DNA of 64,000 nt from Calditrichia bacterium (GTDB taxonomy: Bacteria; Calditrichota; Calditrichia; JAJRVZ01): assembly GCA_963796965.1 (NCBI GenBank), contig CAWCNS010000007.1, forward strand, positions 608,001 to 672,000, in the 5' to 3' direction. Positions within the stretch are counted from its first letter, which is position 1. Every line of letters starts with the position of its first letter. The position numbers were made by a program, and so were the translations under genes. The notes below the pieces were generated by a model. The model did not search any database. It saw nothing but the letters and a program-made list of their open reading frames with translations, and had not been told where the DNA came from. This document shows, piece by piece, positions 10,983 through 20,964 of this stretch.

Positions 10983-11837
10983 TTATTTATTCAACGGAAC
11001 TACGCCTGCCATTTCTCCAATTATATTCACCAACTCAGAGCCTGTTGGAATGACTATTTTTGCGTTATTCTCAAGTGCCGATTCAAGCGCCTGTAATTTT
11101 CTTAGCAATTGTGCATTCCCGATAAAATATTTATCTGCTGCCTCATTCACCAAACGAATGGCCTCCGCGTCGCCTTCTGCATGTAAAACGCTTGCTTGCC
11201 TGACTCCTTCGGCCTCCTTGATTTTGGACCGTTTTTCACCATCTGCTTTGGTCTCTGTTGCCGTGGCATAATCGATGGCAGCTATTTTTTCATTTTCAGC
11301 TTTTACAACTTTATTCATTGTTTCCTGAACATCTGCCGGTGGATCGATCTCTTTTAATTCAGTACGGACAATTTGAATGCCCCAACTTTGAGTTTCTTCG
11401 TGCAGGGTTTTATGCAGTTCAGAATTTATTTTACCTCTCTCACTATTAGCGGATTTTAAAGTAAGCGTACCAATAATATTTCTAAGAGTGGTTCGGGCAA
11501 GATTTACGATCTGCCACTGATAATTATTAACATTATATTGTGAGCTCTTGACGCTTTCTTCATCGGATTTTACTTTAAAATAAACCTGGGCATCCACTCT
11601 GGCATTTAGATTATCGTTGGTAATTATTTCCTGCGGTTCAGCATCTATCATTTGTTCGGTTGTATTAACCTGGAACATTCTTTCGATGACAGGAATAATC
11701 CAATGAAATCCCGGATTAGAAAAACGGTTATATTTTCCCAATCTTTCAATTAAGCCTCTGTGAGTAGGTCTTATTATTCTAATTCCCAGAATAAATACTA
11801 TAATAAGAGCAATTATAATTATAATAATTATGTTCAT
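10983..11837 (-). CDS. SPFH/Band-7 (stomatin-like) membrane protein
   Basis: N-terminal TM, GLIERLGKY, QEIITNDN, LARTTLRNIIG and ELKEIDPP motifs. Confidence 0.92.
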   Translation of the reverse strand: MNIIIIIIIALIIVFILGIRIIRPTHRGLIERLGKYNRFSNPGFHWIIPVIERMFQVNTTEQMIDAEPQEIITNDNLNARVDAQVYFKVKSDEESVKSSQYNVNNYQWQIVNLARTTLRNIIGTLTLKSANSERGKINSELHKTLHEETQSWGIQIVRTELKEIDPPADVQETMNKVVKAENEKIAAIDYATATETKADGEKRSKIKEAEGVRQASVLHAEGDAEAIRLVNEAADKYFIGNAQLLRKLQALESALENNAKIVIPTGSELVNIIGEMAGVVPLNK

Positions 11838-11997
11838 TTTATCCTTCCTTTTCCATTTAAATGGTGCTTATTGTGACAATCCTTTTACAGGCCAGCTCAT
11901 TAAATTTGGTTGAATTGAAAAATGGGATCAGATTGCCATCGCAATTTTAGTTTTTTTCATGAGCTACTTCGGGAACCAGTAATTTTTTTCATTCTTC

Positions 11998-12632
11998 TTA
12001 GTTGAGTATATAACCCTTCCTTTTTGCATAAATCCAGAGATATCTCTGCAGCAATTTTCTCCTCGTATATAATCGTGACATGACATCTTTCAAAGGCTTC
12101 TCAATTATTTCGGCAATTTCATTATAAGAAAATCCTTCAACGCCACAGAGAAGAATCAGTAATCGCAACTGATCGGGCAAATTTTCAAGTGCATTTTTAA
12201 TATCGTTTTCATGGAATTTCTCTAAAAAACTTATTTTGTTAGTATTCTCCAGCCCATTATAATCATGGATCTTTTTGTAGAGATAAAATTCATCTAAATC
12301 ATTATTAAAACCAATATTAGTCTGTTGGTGGATTTTTGATACGCTTTAAAGTACTTATTAATTAGAATGCTAAAAGACCTGAACTTGAAATCAGTAATTT
12401 TTTGATGCAGGTCAAATTCTTGAAATGCTTTATCTAATGTGTCCCGGGTCATATCTTCAGCATCATTCTGATTATGTGTCAATCTAAAAGCGGTGCTATA
12501 AAGAGAATTAAGATGGGGGGTAACCAATGATTCGAATTCATGTTTTCTTTCCGTTGAAAAATGATTTTCTCCTTTGGTTCTTGCTGAGGAGCCGGGGCTT
12601 TCCGGTAATGAGATTTTTTTCATTTTGTTCAC
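11998..12632 (-). CDS. ECF sigma-70 factor (SigH/RpoE-like), frameshifted near 12330 and possibly degenerate
   Basis: Region 2 (FESLVTPHLNSLYSTAFRLTHNQNDAED) lies in 12294-12632 and region 4 (LPDQLR...VEGFSYNEIAEI...VMSRLY) in 11998-12180. The linker DLDEFYLY is in the second frame. Confidence 0.8.
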
Positions 12633-12634
12633 CT

Positions 12635-12829
12635 TTATTTTCTTAATGCTGCCAATTTCCTAAACAAGTCGATTTCCTGTTCACTAAGATGCCTTGGCAT
12701 CTTGATGACAATCTTCACAAACAGATTCCCAAATTCATTCTTCCTACCAAAAATCGGCATACCGAGTCCGCGGAGCTTGAGCGCCGTTCCATTTTGGGTT
12801 TCCTTTGGTATATCGAACTTGATAATCCC
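12635..12829 (-). pseudogene. C-terminal remnant of a DnaJ/CbpA co-chaperone
   Basis: My translation GIIKFDIPKETQNGTALKLRGLGMPIFGRKNEFGNLFVKIVIKMPRHLSEQEIDLFRKLAALRK* is a DnaJ_C tail, with no J domain upstream. Confidence 0.8.
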
Positions 12830-12966
12830 TGTAATCCAATCCCCAGAAAAGACCCATCCTATTTGTATCCAAAATTATCGGCAGCCCGTCTTTATCAGGC
12901 ATACCAATATCGACAAGACTCAATCGGATATTTTATTGTTTAGCAATATATCCTGATAAAATAACA

Positions 12967-13013
12967 GGGCTCCGTCTCGTCACTTCTATGCGCACAAGAC
13001 GGAGCCCGCTTTT
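12967..13013. terminator. hairpin, possible intrinsic terminator
   Basis: Perfect 11-bp stem GGGCTCCGTCT/AGACGGAGCCC with T-rich runs following on both strands; the loop is long (19 nt). Confidence 0.45.
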
Positions 13014-13119
13014 AAACAATTCAAAGTTAAAAATAATTTTCCTAAACATGGCTGGCATCATTATCACTATTCATTTTCGTTATATTGAGAAAAGGTATCT
13101 AAAATGTTCCTCGCTCTGT

Positions 13120-13482
13120 TTAGGGATGAATGACCACCTCAACGCGACGGTTAGTAGCTCGGCCATCCCTTGTCTCGTTGCTTGCAATCGGTTTGCTTTC
13201 CCCGTAACCGATAACAGTTATTCGGGATTCATTGAGATCGGTGTTTGCTAAAAAATATTGTTTTACCGCTACGTCGAAGTTCTTGGGTGCCAGGATATCG
13301 GCGTTGGCATCTTCTGCTACTTTCATTGCCGTGTTAGCGTCACTGAAAAGTACCGTTTTTACATTGTCACCCCCGACGGAATCGGACTGTTTTTGTGCCA
13401 CTGCACTTACCACAAATAAAGCGGTAATGCAGATAACAACAATGATGAAGGTAAGGTTAAAGAATCTTTGTTTCTGTGACAT
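13120..13482 (-). pseudogene. OmpA-family protein with large in-frame internal deletion
   Basis: Signal peptide and DUF4398-like ANADILAPKNF are joined directly to the last part of an OmpA_C domain (RITVIGYGESKPIASNETRDGRATNRRVEVVI); the GHTD half is missing. Confidence 0.75.
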
Positions 13483-13699
13483 GACTGTCTCCTTTAATTT
13501 TATATTGTGTATAATAATTTATGCTGCTGCCCTCTCCCTAATATTAGGTTCATTCAATATCAAGCCAATTCGGTCGAGTGTCGGAGGTAAGGCGGAATAG
13601 TAGAGATTTTCCACCTCCTTTCTATTTTTTTTGATAATGTTGATTGCCGATAAACCAAACTAAGGTTTTTGCGCTCAATGATAACCAATGCAATGCCAC

Positions 13700-13790
13700 A
13701 AAAAGCAATTCACTGTTCGTTAATGTACCGTATTTTTTTAAGATTATCGGTCACCTTATTCCAGTTTCCTTTAATGTAAATCTTGTTCAA
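13700..13790 (-). pseudogene. CsbD-like stress protein remnant
   Basis: TTG start after GGAGAGG; MNKIYIKGNWNKVTDNLKK, then after a frameshift KYGTLTNSEL, matching the CsbD pattern KGNWN...LK.KYG.LTDD.L. Confidence 0.6.
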
Positions 13791-13857
13791 TTACCTCTCC
13801 TTCCGGTAAATTAAAAATGGTCGTATTGCTAAGTTGTTGTAAAAGCAAAAACATCAT

Positions 13858-14115
13858 TTAAAACATAAATAACAGAAATACTATGATAACGCATAAAAAT
13901 CCGATGATAAAAAGATAAATATTTATCATCCGTTTACTCTGTCCTAATCTCGAAAGTTTGGCCCATTTTTTTCTCGTTCCAAATTTTCCGGATTGTTTTT
14001 CCGCGTCCAGCCAATCAGTAAAATCATTGCCATTCTTAAAACCATGTTTCTCATAGAGATTATACGCCTTGTTCTTTATTTCCAGATTTTCTTCGTCCAA
14101 ATTTTTTTTTAACAT
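13858..14115 (-). CDS. DUF2934 domain protein with C-terminal TM
   Basis: IKNKAYNLYEKHG...GNDFTDWLDAEKQ is the DUF2934 motif; ATG at 14115 follows AAAGGAG. Confidence 0.8.
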   Translation of the reverse strand: MLKKNLDEENLEIKNKAYNLYEKHGFKNGNDFTDWLDAEKQSGKFGTRKKWAKLSRLGQSKRMINIYLFIIGFLCVIIVFLLFMF

Positions 14116-14155
14116 TTTATCTCCTTTAATAAATTGCCTCAAATTTGGGCTGCCT

Positions 14156-14518
14156 TCAGTTTGATCCCAAAGATCCTCTTATAGCTCCCAGTATTGTTCT
14201 CCCTGTTGGGTCATTAATTCTCAATTTAGGTGATCCGCTTTGGTACAGGTATGCAGCCTCGCCTTTTGCCGATAGGGTCAGCAATTTTAGTCGCGGATGT
14301 TCCGCAAGTAAATGACTGCAGATTTTTGGCTCACCATTTGCTTTGATTGGCGTTATGATCACTGCGTCAACTTCAATTTCCCTGATCGCAAACAAAAGTT
14401 TGATAGGATCAATGACGTCTCCGAGAACTACCATATCGGACTGTCTCTCTATTATATTCCGGATAACATCGGATAACATTTTGGGGCGGCTGGCTAACAT
14501 CACTTTAATTTTTTGCAT
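14156..14518 (-). CDS. stand-alone atypical receiver-like domain
   Basis: CheY-like pattern (IKVMLA...DMVVLG...DAVII...HPRLKLLTLS) without the acidic pocket or phospho-Asp. Confidence 0.7.
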   Translation of the reverse strand: MQKIKVMLASRPKMLSDVIRNIIERQSDMVVLGDVIDPIKLLFAIREIEVDAVIITPIKANGEPKICSHLLAEHPRLKLLTLSAKGEAAYLYQSGSPKLRINDPTGRTILGAIRGSLGSN

Positions 14519-14723
14519 TTCTTACATTTCTTTATTCCATTAAAAAACCACTTTAACGGTTTTGGGAGGATCGATATTTTTACATACAAATTAGGTAAAA
14601 TATAGAAATATGCTATAGACACAAGGGTATAATTAAGGTCTGAAATATGACTACGGGATTAGTGGTTAATAAAGTGTATGAGGATAAGGAAGTACTAGTA
14701 CTATTGGTTAAAAAGTACTGTGA

Positions 14724-15380
14724 TCATTTTTTATTAAGCAGTTTTCTTTCACGGGCGTATTGTACTGTTTCCAGACGTTTATGCAACTGCAATTTGTCAA
14801 GAATGTTGTGCACATGGTTCTTTACTGTCTGTTCTTCAATAAATAGTTGTCTGGCAATTTCTTTATTAGATAATCCATCCGCAATTTTATTAATCACTTC
14901 AACTTCACGTGGGGTTAGTTTTACAGAACTTTCTGGTATTCTTTCACCAGTCAGCTCTGCTACCCGAGAAAACAACGAAGCAGCCATACGTGGTGAACAG
15001 AACGACTCGCCTCGCTGTACCGACCTAATACTTTCTACAAGGTATTCAAGTGAAGCTTCTTTCAGGACATATCCGGCAGCCCCGGCTTCGATACAAGTCA
15101 TAATTTCATCTGTTAAATCAGGCATGCCCAGAATAATAGTTTTGACAACAGGCAGGTCTTTGTGCAGCACCTGGGTCACATCAATTCCATCCTTATCAGG
15201 CATCCCGATGTCAATTAGTGCTACATCCGGGACCAGTTGTTTAATTTGATCAAGAGCCTCGCTGCCACTGGAAGCCAGGCCCACAATCACAATATCTTCA
15301 ACTTCATCCAGCATGGAAGCCAGACCTTCGCGGAGCAGGCGATTATCGTCGGCAATAAAGACGCGAATGGGATTATTCAT
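14724..15380 (-). CDS. NarL/LuxR-family response regulator
   Basis: IRVFIADD and LIDIGMP receiver; LTPREVEV...GLSNKEIA...TVKNHVHNILDKL HTH. Confidence 0.95.
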   Translation of the reverse strand: MNNPIRVFIADDNRLLREGLASMLDEVEDIVIVGLASSGSEALDQIKQLVPDVALIDIGMPDKDGIDVTQVLHKDLPVVKTIILGMPDLTDEIMTCIEAGAAGYVLKEASLEYLVESIRSVQRGESFCSPRMAASLFSRVAELTGERIPESSVKLTPREVEVINKIADGLSNKEIARQLFIEEQTVKNHVHNILDKLQLHKRLETVQYARERKLLNKK

Positions 15381-15494
15381 ATAAGGTTACCTCAAATTGA
15401 AGTGCTTCTGCAATCTAAGAACATTTCTTCATATTGGCAATAACATACCCTCTTTAACGGCTACACTTGCCTTACAAATACTCAAGGCCTAACT

Positions 15495-15767
15495 CTACAG
15501 GTCCCTCTTTTGGTATATCTCTTCACGGGCTATATTCAAGCTGTAATTGACATATTGTTGGGTAAAATCATTGGCTGTTTTACATAAACTATAAAAATCA
15601 CCCATGACATGGGTCAAATCTTCTAGGATCATTTCTTGTATGGCATCATTGATTAGATTACTGGCTTGTTCTCTCTGTATAAAACTCAGTACTAACATCA
15701 CAAACATCGGTAAGATTGTGGCCAGAAGTACGATCCCAATAATTTTATGTTTCAATGTTAATTTCAT
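15495..15767 (-). pseudogene. truncated N-terminus of a membrane sensor (MCP/Cache-type)
   Basis: One TM helix plus the start of a periplasmic helical region (YSLCKTANDFTQQYVNYSLNIA), ending at 90 aa with no signalling domain. Confidence 0.5.
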
Positions 15768-15956
15768 AAATAATTTTCTTTTCCTCTATATATTCTCTTA
15801 AGAGATATATGAAGATGGTGGCTCGTAATAATTAAGGGCGTCAATTTAGTAAGAAATGAATTTACATGTTAGAAAATCTAAAGAATATGTATCATCGCGG
15901 ACTTAAGATAGGTACTAGGCATATCTTTGCCCAGAATATAAGAATTTATTGCTTTG

Positions 15957-17405
15957 TCACTTATAATCCATTCCATTTTTACTGTTTTCCACGGAATTTA
16001 TCCAGGAATATAAATCTTTTTTCATTTTTGCTGCTATTTCGGGTTTAGCTGCTATGATATCGTTCTGTTCTGATTTATCTTTGATCAGGTCATAGAGTTC
16101 AAAGGTCTCACCATTATTTAAACTTATTAACTTATACTGATGATTAACCCAGGAAAGCTTTTGTTTAAACAAAAATCCAATCGGCTTTTCTCTTACCTTA
16201 ATTTCACCTTGCAACATTCCCCAAAGACTGAGACCATCAATGGGTCGGCTATCTGGAAACTTTATATCCAGAATATCCAGCAGGGTTGGCAGGTAGTCGG
16301 AGGTAACTGCCGGAAAGTCACTCTTGACTCCCTCTTCCAAATGATCCTTCCAAATTACAAAAGCAGGTACCCTTACACCGCCTTCATACAAACTCCGTTT
16401 TCGTTCACGAAAGACCCCTGCACTTCCCGGTGTATTGTTTTCGGGGCCATTATCACTACAAAACCAGAGTATTGTTTGCTTCTGCAGATCCAATTCCTCC
16501 AGTTTCGTCCATAGTCGTCCAATTTGCTCATCCATCGCTGTTAATGTTCCATAGTAGATCTGTTTTTGTAAATCCAACGCTGAATAATAATTTCGATGAT
16601 CACGATCACTCACCACAGGTAAATGCGGCGTATGGATCCATATGGTGGTGAAAAATGGTTTATTATTGATGACAGATTTCTCTATAAATGGAATGGCTCT
16701 ATTCATAATAACCTTTGTATCATCTCCATTTAAATCGAGGATTTCCCTTTCTTCAATACCCTTCCAATAGGCTGTTCCATAAGGTTCTGTCTTTTCACCA
16801 CCTTCTTTTGCCTTCCAACCATACCTCAAACTCTCTCCATCTTCAAAGACGGCTGGATAGATCATTGGATCAAAAGTTGGCACCTTAGATTCCGTACAAA
16901 AATATTCCTCATAACCATGCATGGCAGGAATGCTATAATGTTCCAGATGTTTATCTCTTCCACCTCTGTTCGCATCTTTGACCAGTTTTGTTAGAGTACC
17001 CAAATGCCACTTACCAAAATGACCGGTAGCGTATCCGTGATCTTTTAGAATTTCGGGAAGGGTTATTTCCTGTTCTTTCATATGTCCGGAATTGGCGTTA
17101 GGGATATCCATTCTTAAGGGGTTTCTCCCCGTAATTACACTTGCTCTGGTAGGTGAACAAACAGCAGAAGCTGAATAGAATCTATCCAGGATAATTCCCT
17201 GAGAGGCCAGGTTATCAAGATTTGGCGTCTTTACTTCTTTATTTCCATTAAACCCGGCATCAAACCATCCTTGATCATCGGTCATGACAAGAATGATATT
17301 TGGCTTTTGTTGAGATCTGCCATTAGCAATTTCTTCTGTATTTTGTGAATTACATGAAGTAATACCCAAGAAAACAAAAAATGATAGTTTAATAAGATTA
17401 TTCAT
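15957..17405 (-). CDS. formylglycine-dependent (S1) sulfatase, lipoprotein
   Basis: KPNIILVMTDDQG, CSPTRAS (CxPxR), GKWHLG, SDNG and LYEGGVRVP motifs. Confidence 0.95.
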   Translation of the reverse strand: MNNLIKLSFFVFLGITSCNSQNTEEIANGRSQQKPNIILVMTDDQGWFDAGFNGNKEVKTPNLDNLASQGIILDRFYSASAVCSPTRASVITGRNPLRMDIPNANSGHMKEQEITLPEILKDHGYATGHFGKWHLGTLTKLVKDANRGGRDKHLEHYSIPAMHGYEEYFCTESKVPTFDPMIYPAVFEDGESLRYGWKAKEGGEKTEPYGTAYWKGIEEREILDLNGDDTKVIMNRAIPFIEKSVINNKPFFTTIWIHTPHLPVVSDRDHRNYYSALDLQKQIYYGTLTAMDEQIGRLWTKLEELDLQKQTILWFCSDNGPENNTPGSAGVFRERKRSLYEGGVRVPAFVIWKDHLEEGVKSDFPAVTSDYLPTLLDILDIKFPDSRPIDGLSLWGMLQGEIKVREKPIGFLFKQKLSWVNHQYKLISLNNGETFELYDLIKDKSEQNDIIAAKPEIAAKMKKDLYSWINSVENSKNGMDYK

Positions 17406-19032
17406 AGATCTTTATAATTTATTTGGCTTATATCCTGAATTATGATCAGAGTGACGTGATTGTCATCTTTTCTCTACAATATTCATTTTCACTTCCTGTA
17501 TCAGCGGCTCTTTCTCCGGGGAGAGGGTAAAAAAGACCTCGATATTTTTCTTCTCACCTTCAATAATAAAGGTACCTCTTAGCTCGGTTTCCAGGCTTCA
17601 TGGATCCAATATGTATAATTTCACCCGCTTCTTTGTAAAGTTCGATTGATTCCTTTACCATATCCTTGAGGCGATTGTCCAGGAAGAAATTCTCCGCAAA
17701 CATACCGGAAACCTCGGCATTATTCCAGTCCGGAAGGATCTTAACAAACGCATCTTTCCGCTTTTCAAGAATGCTCGAGACCGGTAGCGTGCGTGGTTGA
17801 AGTCCGGCAATTGCGACGATTGTATCCAAAACAGCGATATTAATATCCGATGTTCCACCGTAAGTTCTGTTATCGAATGACATTACAGCAAGTCCATAGT
17901 CAGGCATCATTTTCCAGTTGCTGCCAAAGCCGGGCAATCCTCCGGTGTGTCCAATATACACTTTGCCATCGCAATCCTGCATCCATCCCAAACCGTAGCT
18001 ATAGGCTTTAACATAGGGACAATTTCTTCCGTTCGGATAAACAAACGCCGTATTTAGCTGGTAAAACCGCCATGGATGGTGCATTTCACGCAATGAGCTT
18101 CGTTTAAGCGGACCTGTCTCAACATCGTTTCTCGGCGGCCAGGCAGATAAATGCAGGGATACATAACTTACAAAATCATCAATTGAGGTAATTAGACCGC
18201 CCATCGCTCCAAAAGAACCGTGATGCTCGAGGGGTATATTTACATACGACTCATCGATCCAGTTGTAGCCAAGTGCCAGATTCTCCTCCGGCGCATTTTC
18301 ATATTCCCATACGGTTGCGTTCATCCCGAGTGGTTTAAAAATATTCTCCCTTGTATATTCCTGAATTCCCATTCCGGATACTTTTTGAATGATTTGGCCG
18401 AGGAGTGCGAATCCGAGATTGCTGTATTCGTAGTTAACACCGGGTACATTTGAGAAGGAAACACCTTCATCGATTAACTGCATCAACGCTTCATCCGAGT
18501 CGGCCAACTGGCGGTCACCCCAGGGATTATCCTCAGGGAATCCGGCACCGTGCGTCAGGAGATGGCGGATGGTTATATCGGGTGCATCAGTAGTAAGATA
18601 TTTCAGATTTTTCACCTCACCAAGGTACATCGAAACGGGATCGTCAAGATTCAATTTCCCGGCATCACGCAACTGTAGGATGGAGAGAGCCGTGAAACTT
18701 TTACTCATGGAAGCGATGCGGAAGAGTGATTTAGTGCTTACTTTTATTTTTTGCTCCAGATTGGCGAATCCAAAGCCTCCGGAATAGATAAGTTCGCCGT
18801 CAAGTACAATCCCAAAAACGAATCCGGGCATATGATGGCTTTCTGTATATTCCCTGAATATATTCTCTACTACTGCAGCAGTGGCTCCGACCTTCCCGGC
18901 CCGGCCGGGATCGGTAAAGACCGCTGGTTTATGAGCGACCGTATCCAAAGGAGCACCGTATAATGCGGAAGTAGAAGTGTGGCTCATAGCCACAATAATA
19001 ATCAAAAGTAATACATTAAATAATGATTTCAT
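17402..19032 (-). CDS. serine hydrolase (beta-lactamase/PBP fold), frameshifted near 17590
   Basis: ASMSKS (SxxK), YEYSN and GHTGG motifs. The C-terminus continues in another frame as LRGTFIIEGEKKNIEVFFTLSPE to a stop overlapping the sulfatase ATG. Confidence 0.88.
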
Positions 19033-19212
19033 ATATACATCCTCATGTTATTCGTCATTTATTCACGTTTCGTTTAATTCCACTCAATTGCATTACGTAT
19101 TACCTGTAAAAAATTAGGATTATCAAAATCACTTTCAGAATGTCCGGCCTGGAAATAAAACACTTTACCCTTCCCTGTGTTTTTAACCCATCCTGAACTG
19201 GCTTGTATGATG

Positions 19213-19863
19213 TCAAATTTTATTCAATAAATGATGGAAACGATTTTCGTTGTAGTATTGACGCATCTCATCATCAAGTAAAGACCCTAACTTGACCTTA
19301 AAATCGTTATTCCCAAAAGATTCAACCTTTTTTATAAGCAATTCTTTTCTCTCTTCAGTCATTTCAGGCAATGCAATTCCTTTTCGTAATAAAAATTCAA
19401 TATCAAAGGCATCTCTAATTTCACACCGGTCGAGAAGTGCCTCAATCTTATTTGATATTGTTTGATCCAGCGTGTGAGTGTTCAGCAGCACCTGCCTGTT
19501 ACTATAGCTTGAGAATGCGATACTTTTCTCCATTTCCCAATCACGAATCTCTTTTCTAATCTCGATTTTCAATCTTTTCGGATAATTGGTTAACCGAACT
19601 TCAACCAATAATGAGAAATGCTTATTCTGGCTATCTGTAATTTCATATTCATTTTTAAACAGAGAACAAATTTTTTTTAGATACGCATCAAAATCAACCT
19701 TTTTAATTAACCAAAAATCCAGGTCAGCTGAATAACGGTTGAGTTCATGACATAGTCTGAGCATTGTTCCACCGCCAAATACCACTTTGTCAAGTACACG
19801 ACCACTGTTCAGATGATTTAAAACTTCCATCTCAAATTTTTCATGTTTAGTGAATAAATCCAT
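19213..19863 (-). CDS. abiEii: type IV TA toxin, AbiEii/AbiGii nucleotidyltransferase
   Basis: FGGGTMLRLCHELNRYSADLDF and KIEALLDRCEIRDAFDI motifs; overlaps the upstream antitoxin gene. Confidence 0.9.
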   Translation of the reverse strand: MDLFTKHEKFEMEVLNHLNSGRVLDKVVFGGGTMLRLCHELNRYSADLDFWLIKKVDFDAYLKKICSLFKNEYEITDSQNKHFSLLVEVRLTNYPKRLKIEIRKEIRDWEMEKSIAFSSYSNRQVLLNTHTLDQTISNKIEALLDRCEIRDAFDIEFLLRKGIALPEMTEERKELLIKKVESFGNNDFKVKLGSLLDDEMRQYYNENRFHHLLNKI

Positions 19864-20435
19864 ATTCCCTCAACATTTTTTTTGTCCCGTTAGGATAGAA
19901 TACAGAAAGATCAGTTAATACCTTTCGATTGATCTGGTTTAAACTAAGAGCAGATATATCCAAAGAATATCTCCGTAAAGAGGTAAGATAAATAGAATCC
20001 AGTAATGCTTTCTCAGGTTGAGCAATGTAAAATCCATCTTTTTTTATGAATGCAAAATAAAGTTTGGATGATAATTTTGAGTAGCGAAATGTAACCTCAT
20101 TAATTTCTTTGGAAAGACTTCGCTTTATTGAAATACACTCAATATAATTGCGCTGTATTTGTGTAGTAATTCCATAATACTCAAGTGCTGTGGTCAATGA
20201 TATATATGATGGAACTTGCAATAAGTTAGCCACTTCAAACTTATTTTCAATTGAAAAATTTTTCCATTTTTCAGACAATACAAAAATATTTGGTTTGATG
20301 CGAACGAGCAAGCTATTCTTAGTATATCGATGCGCTGTAACACGAGCTGATTGAGGAGAAATACCTAAAGCCTTTGATATATCTAAATAGCTGAAAAAAT
20401 GGTTTCCTGATATTATTTAATTCAAGAATCTTCAC
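19847..20435 (-). CDS. abiEi: type IV TA antitoxin AbiEi-like, frameshifted near 20393
   Basis: PSYISLTTALEYYG and IAQPEKALLDSIY motifs. The N-terminal wHTH (MKILELNNIRKPFF / SYLDISKALGISPQSARVTAHRY) starts at GTG 20435 across a 1-nt indel in a homopolymer. Confidence 0.85.
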
Positions 20436-20448
20436 TAAGTACACCTTT

Positions 20449-20494
20449 TTAACATATTTGTTAATATATTATACTTAGCAATGACAAAATGCAA
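20449..20494 (-). promoter_or_regulatory. abiE promoter with candidate palindromic operator
   Basis: TATAAT at 20473-20468 and TTGCAT 15 nt upstream of it; perfect TTAACA-N4-TGTTAA at 20449-20464 over the predicted start site. Confidence 0.5.
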
Positions 20495-20964
20495 GTTTTA
20501 TTTTATTTTTTTCCTACTGCATGATGGCCTAACATTAAATCCTAAATTGTAATGTCTTGAACATGTGTTTACAGATTCTTGACTTCATATATGGAGAGGA
20601 AAACCATGCGAGTAAGGTCATCCTGAACACCGGCCACCATGGGAAGTGTTTTGATTTGAGATTCCAATTTGGAATCTCAAATTTTCAAAACCTTTGTATT
20701 GATTGCTTACCCTTACCAAAACGCGCAAAAGATGCCAATTTAGTTCTTCCTTTCCAGAATAAATTTTATTCATTTTATGAGAACTTGAATCCCATTTTAA
20801 TAAATTGATTTATTGCGGTAAATGGTCGTAATTTGTTTTTAACCACTAAGTACACCAAGATCTCTGTGGTAAATAAATTCATGGGTAAGGTAGGCGCTGA
20901 GGACCTCACCCCTGGCCCCTCTCCTAAAAGGAGATGGGAATTATGCCTCTGATTTAGATCCACA

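Noticed and set aside
13519..13625. Possible 31-aa peptide (MENLYYSALPP...) behind AAAGGAGG on the minus strand
   Set aside because: The GTG overlaps the Shine-Dalgarno sequence and I recognise no family; cannot support it.
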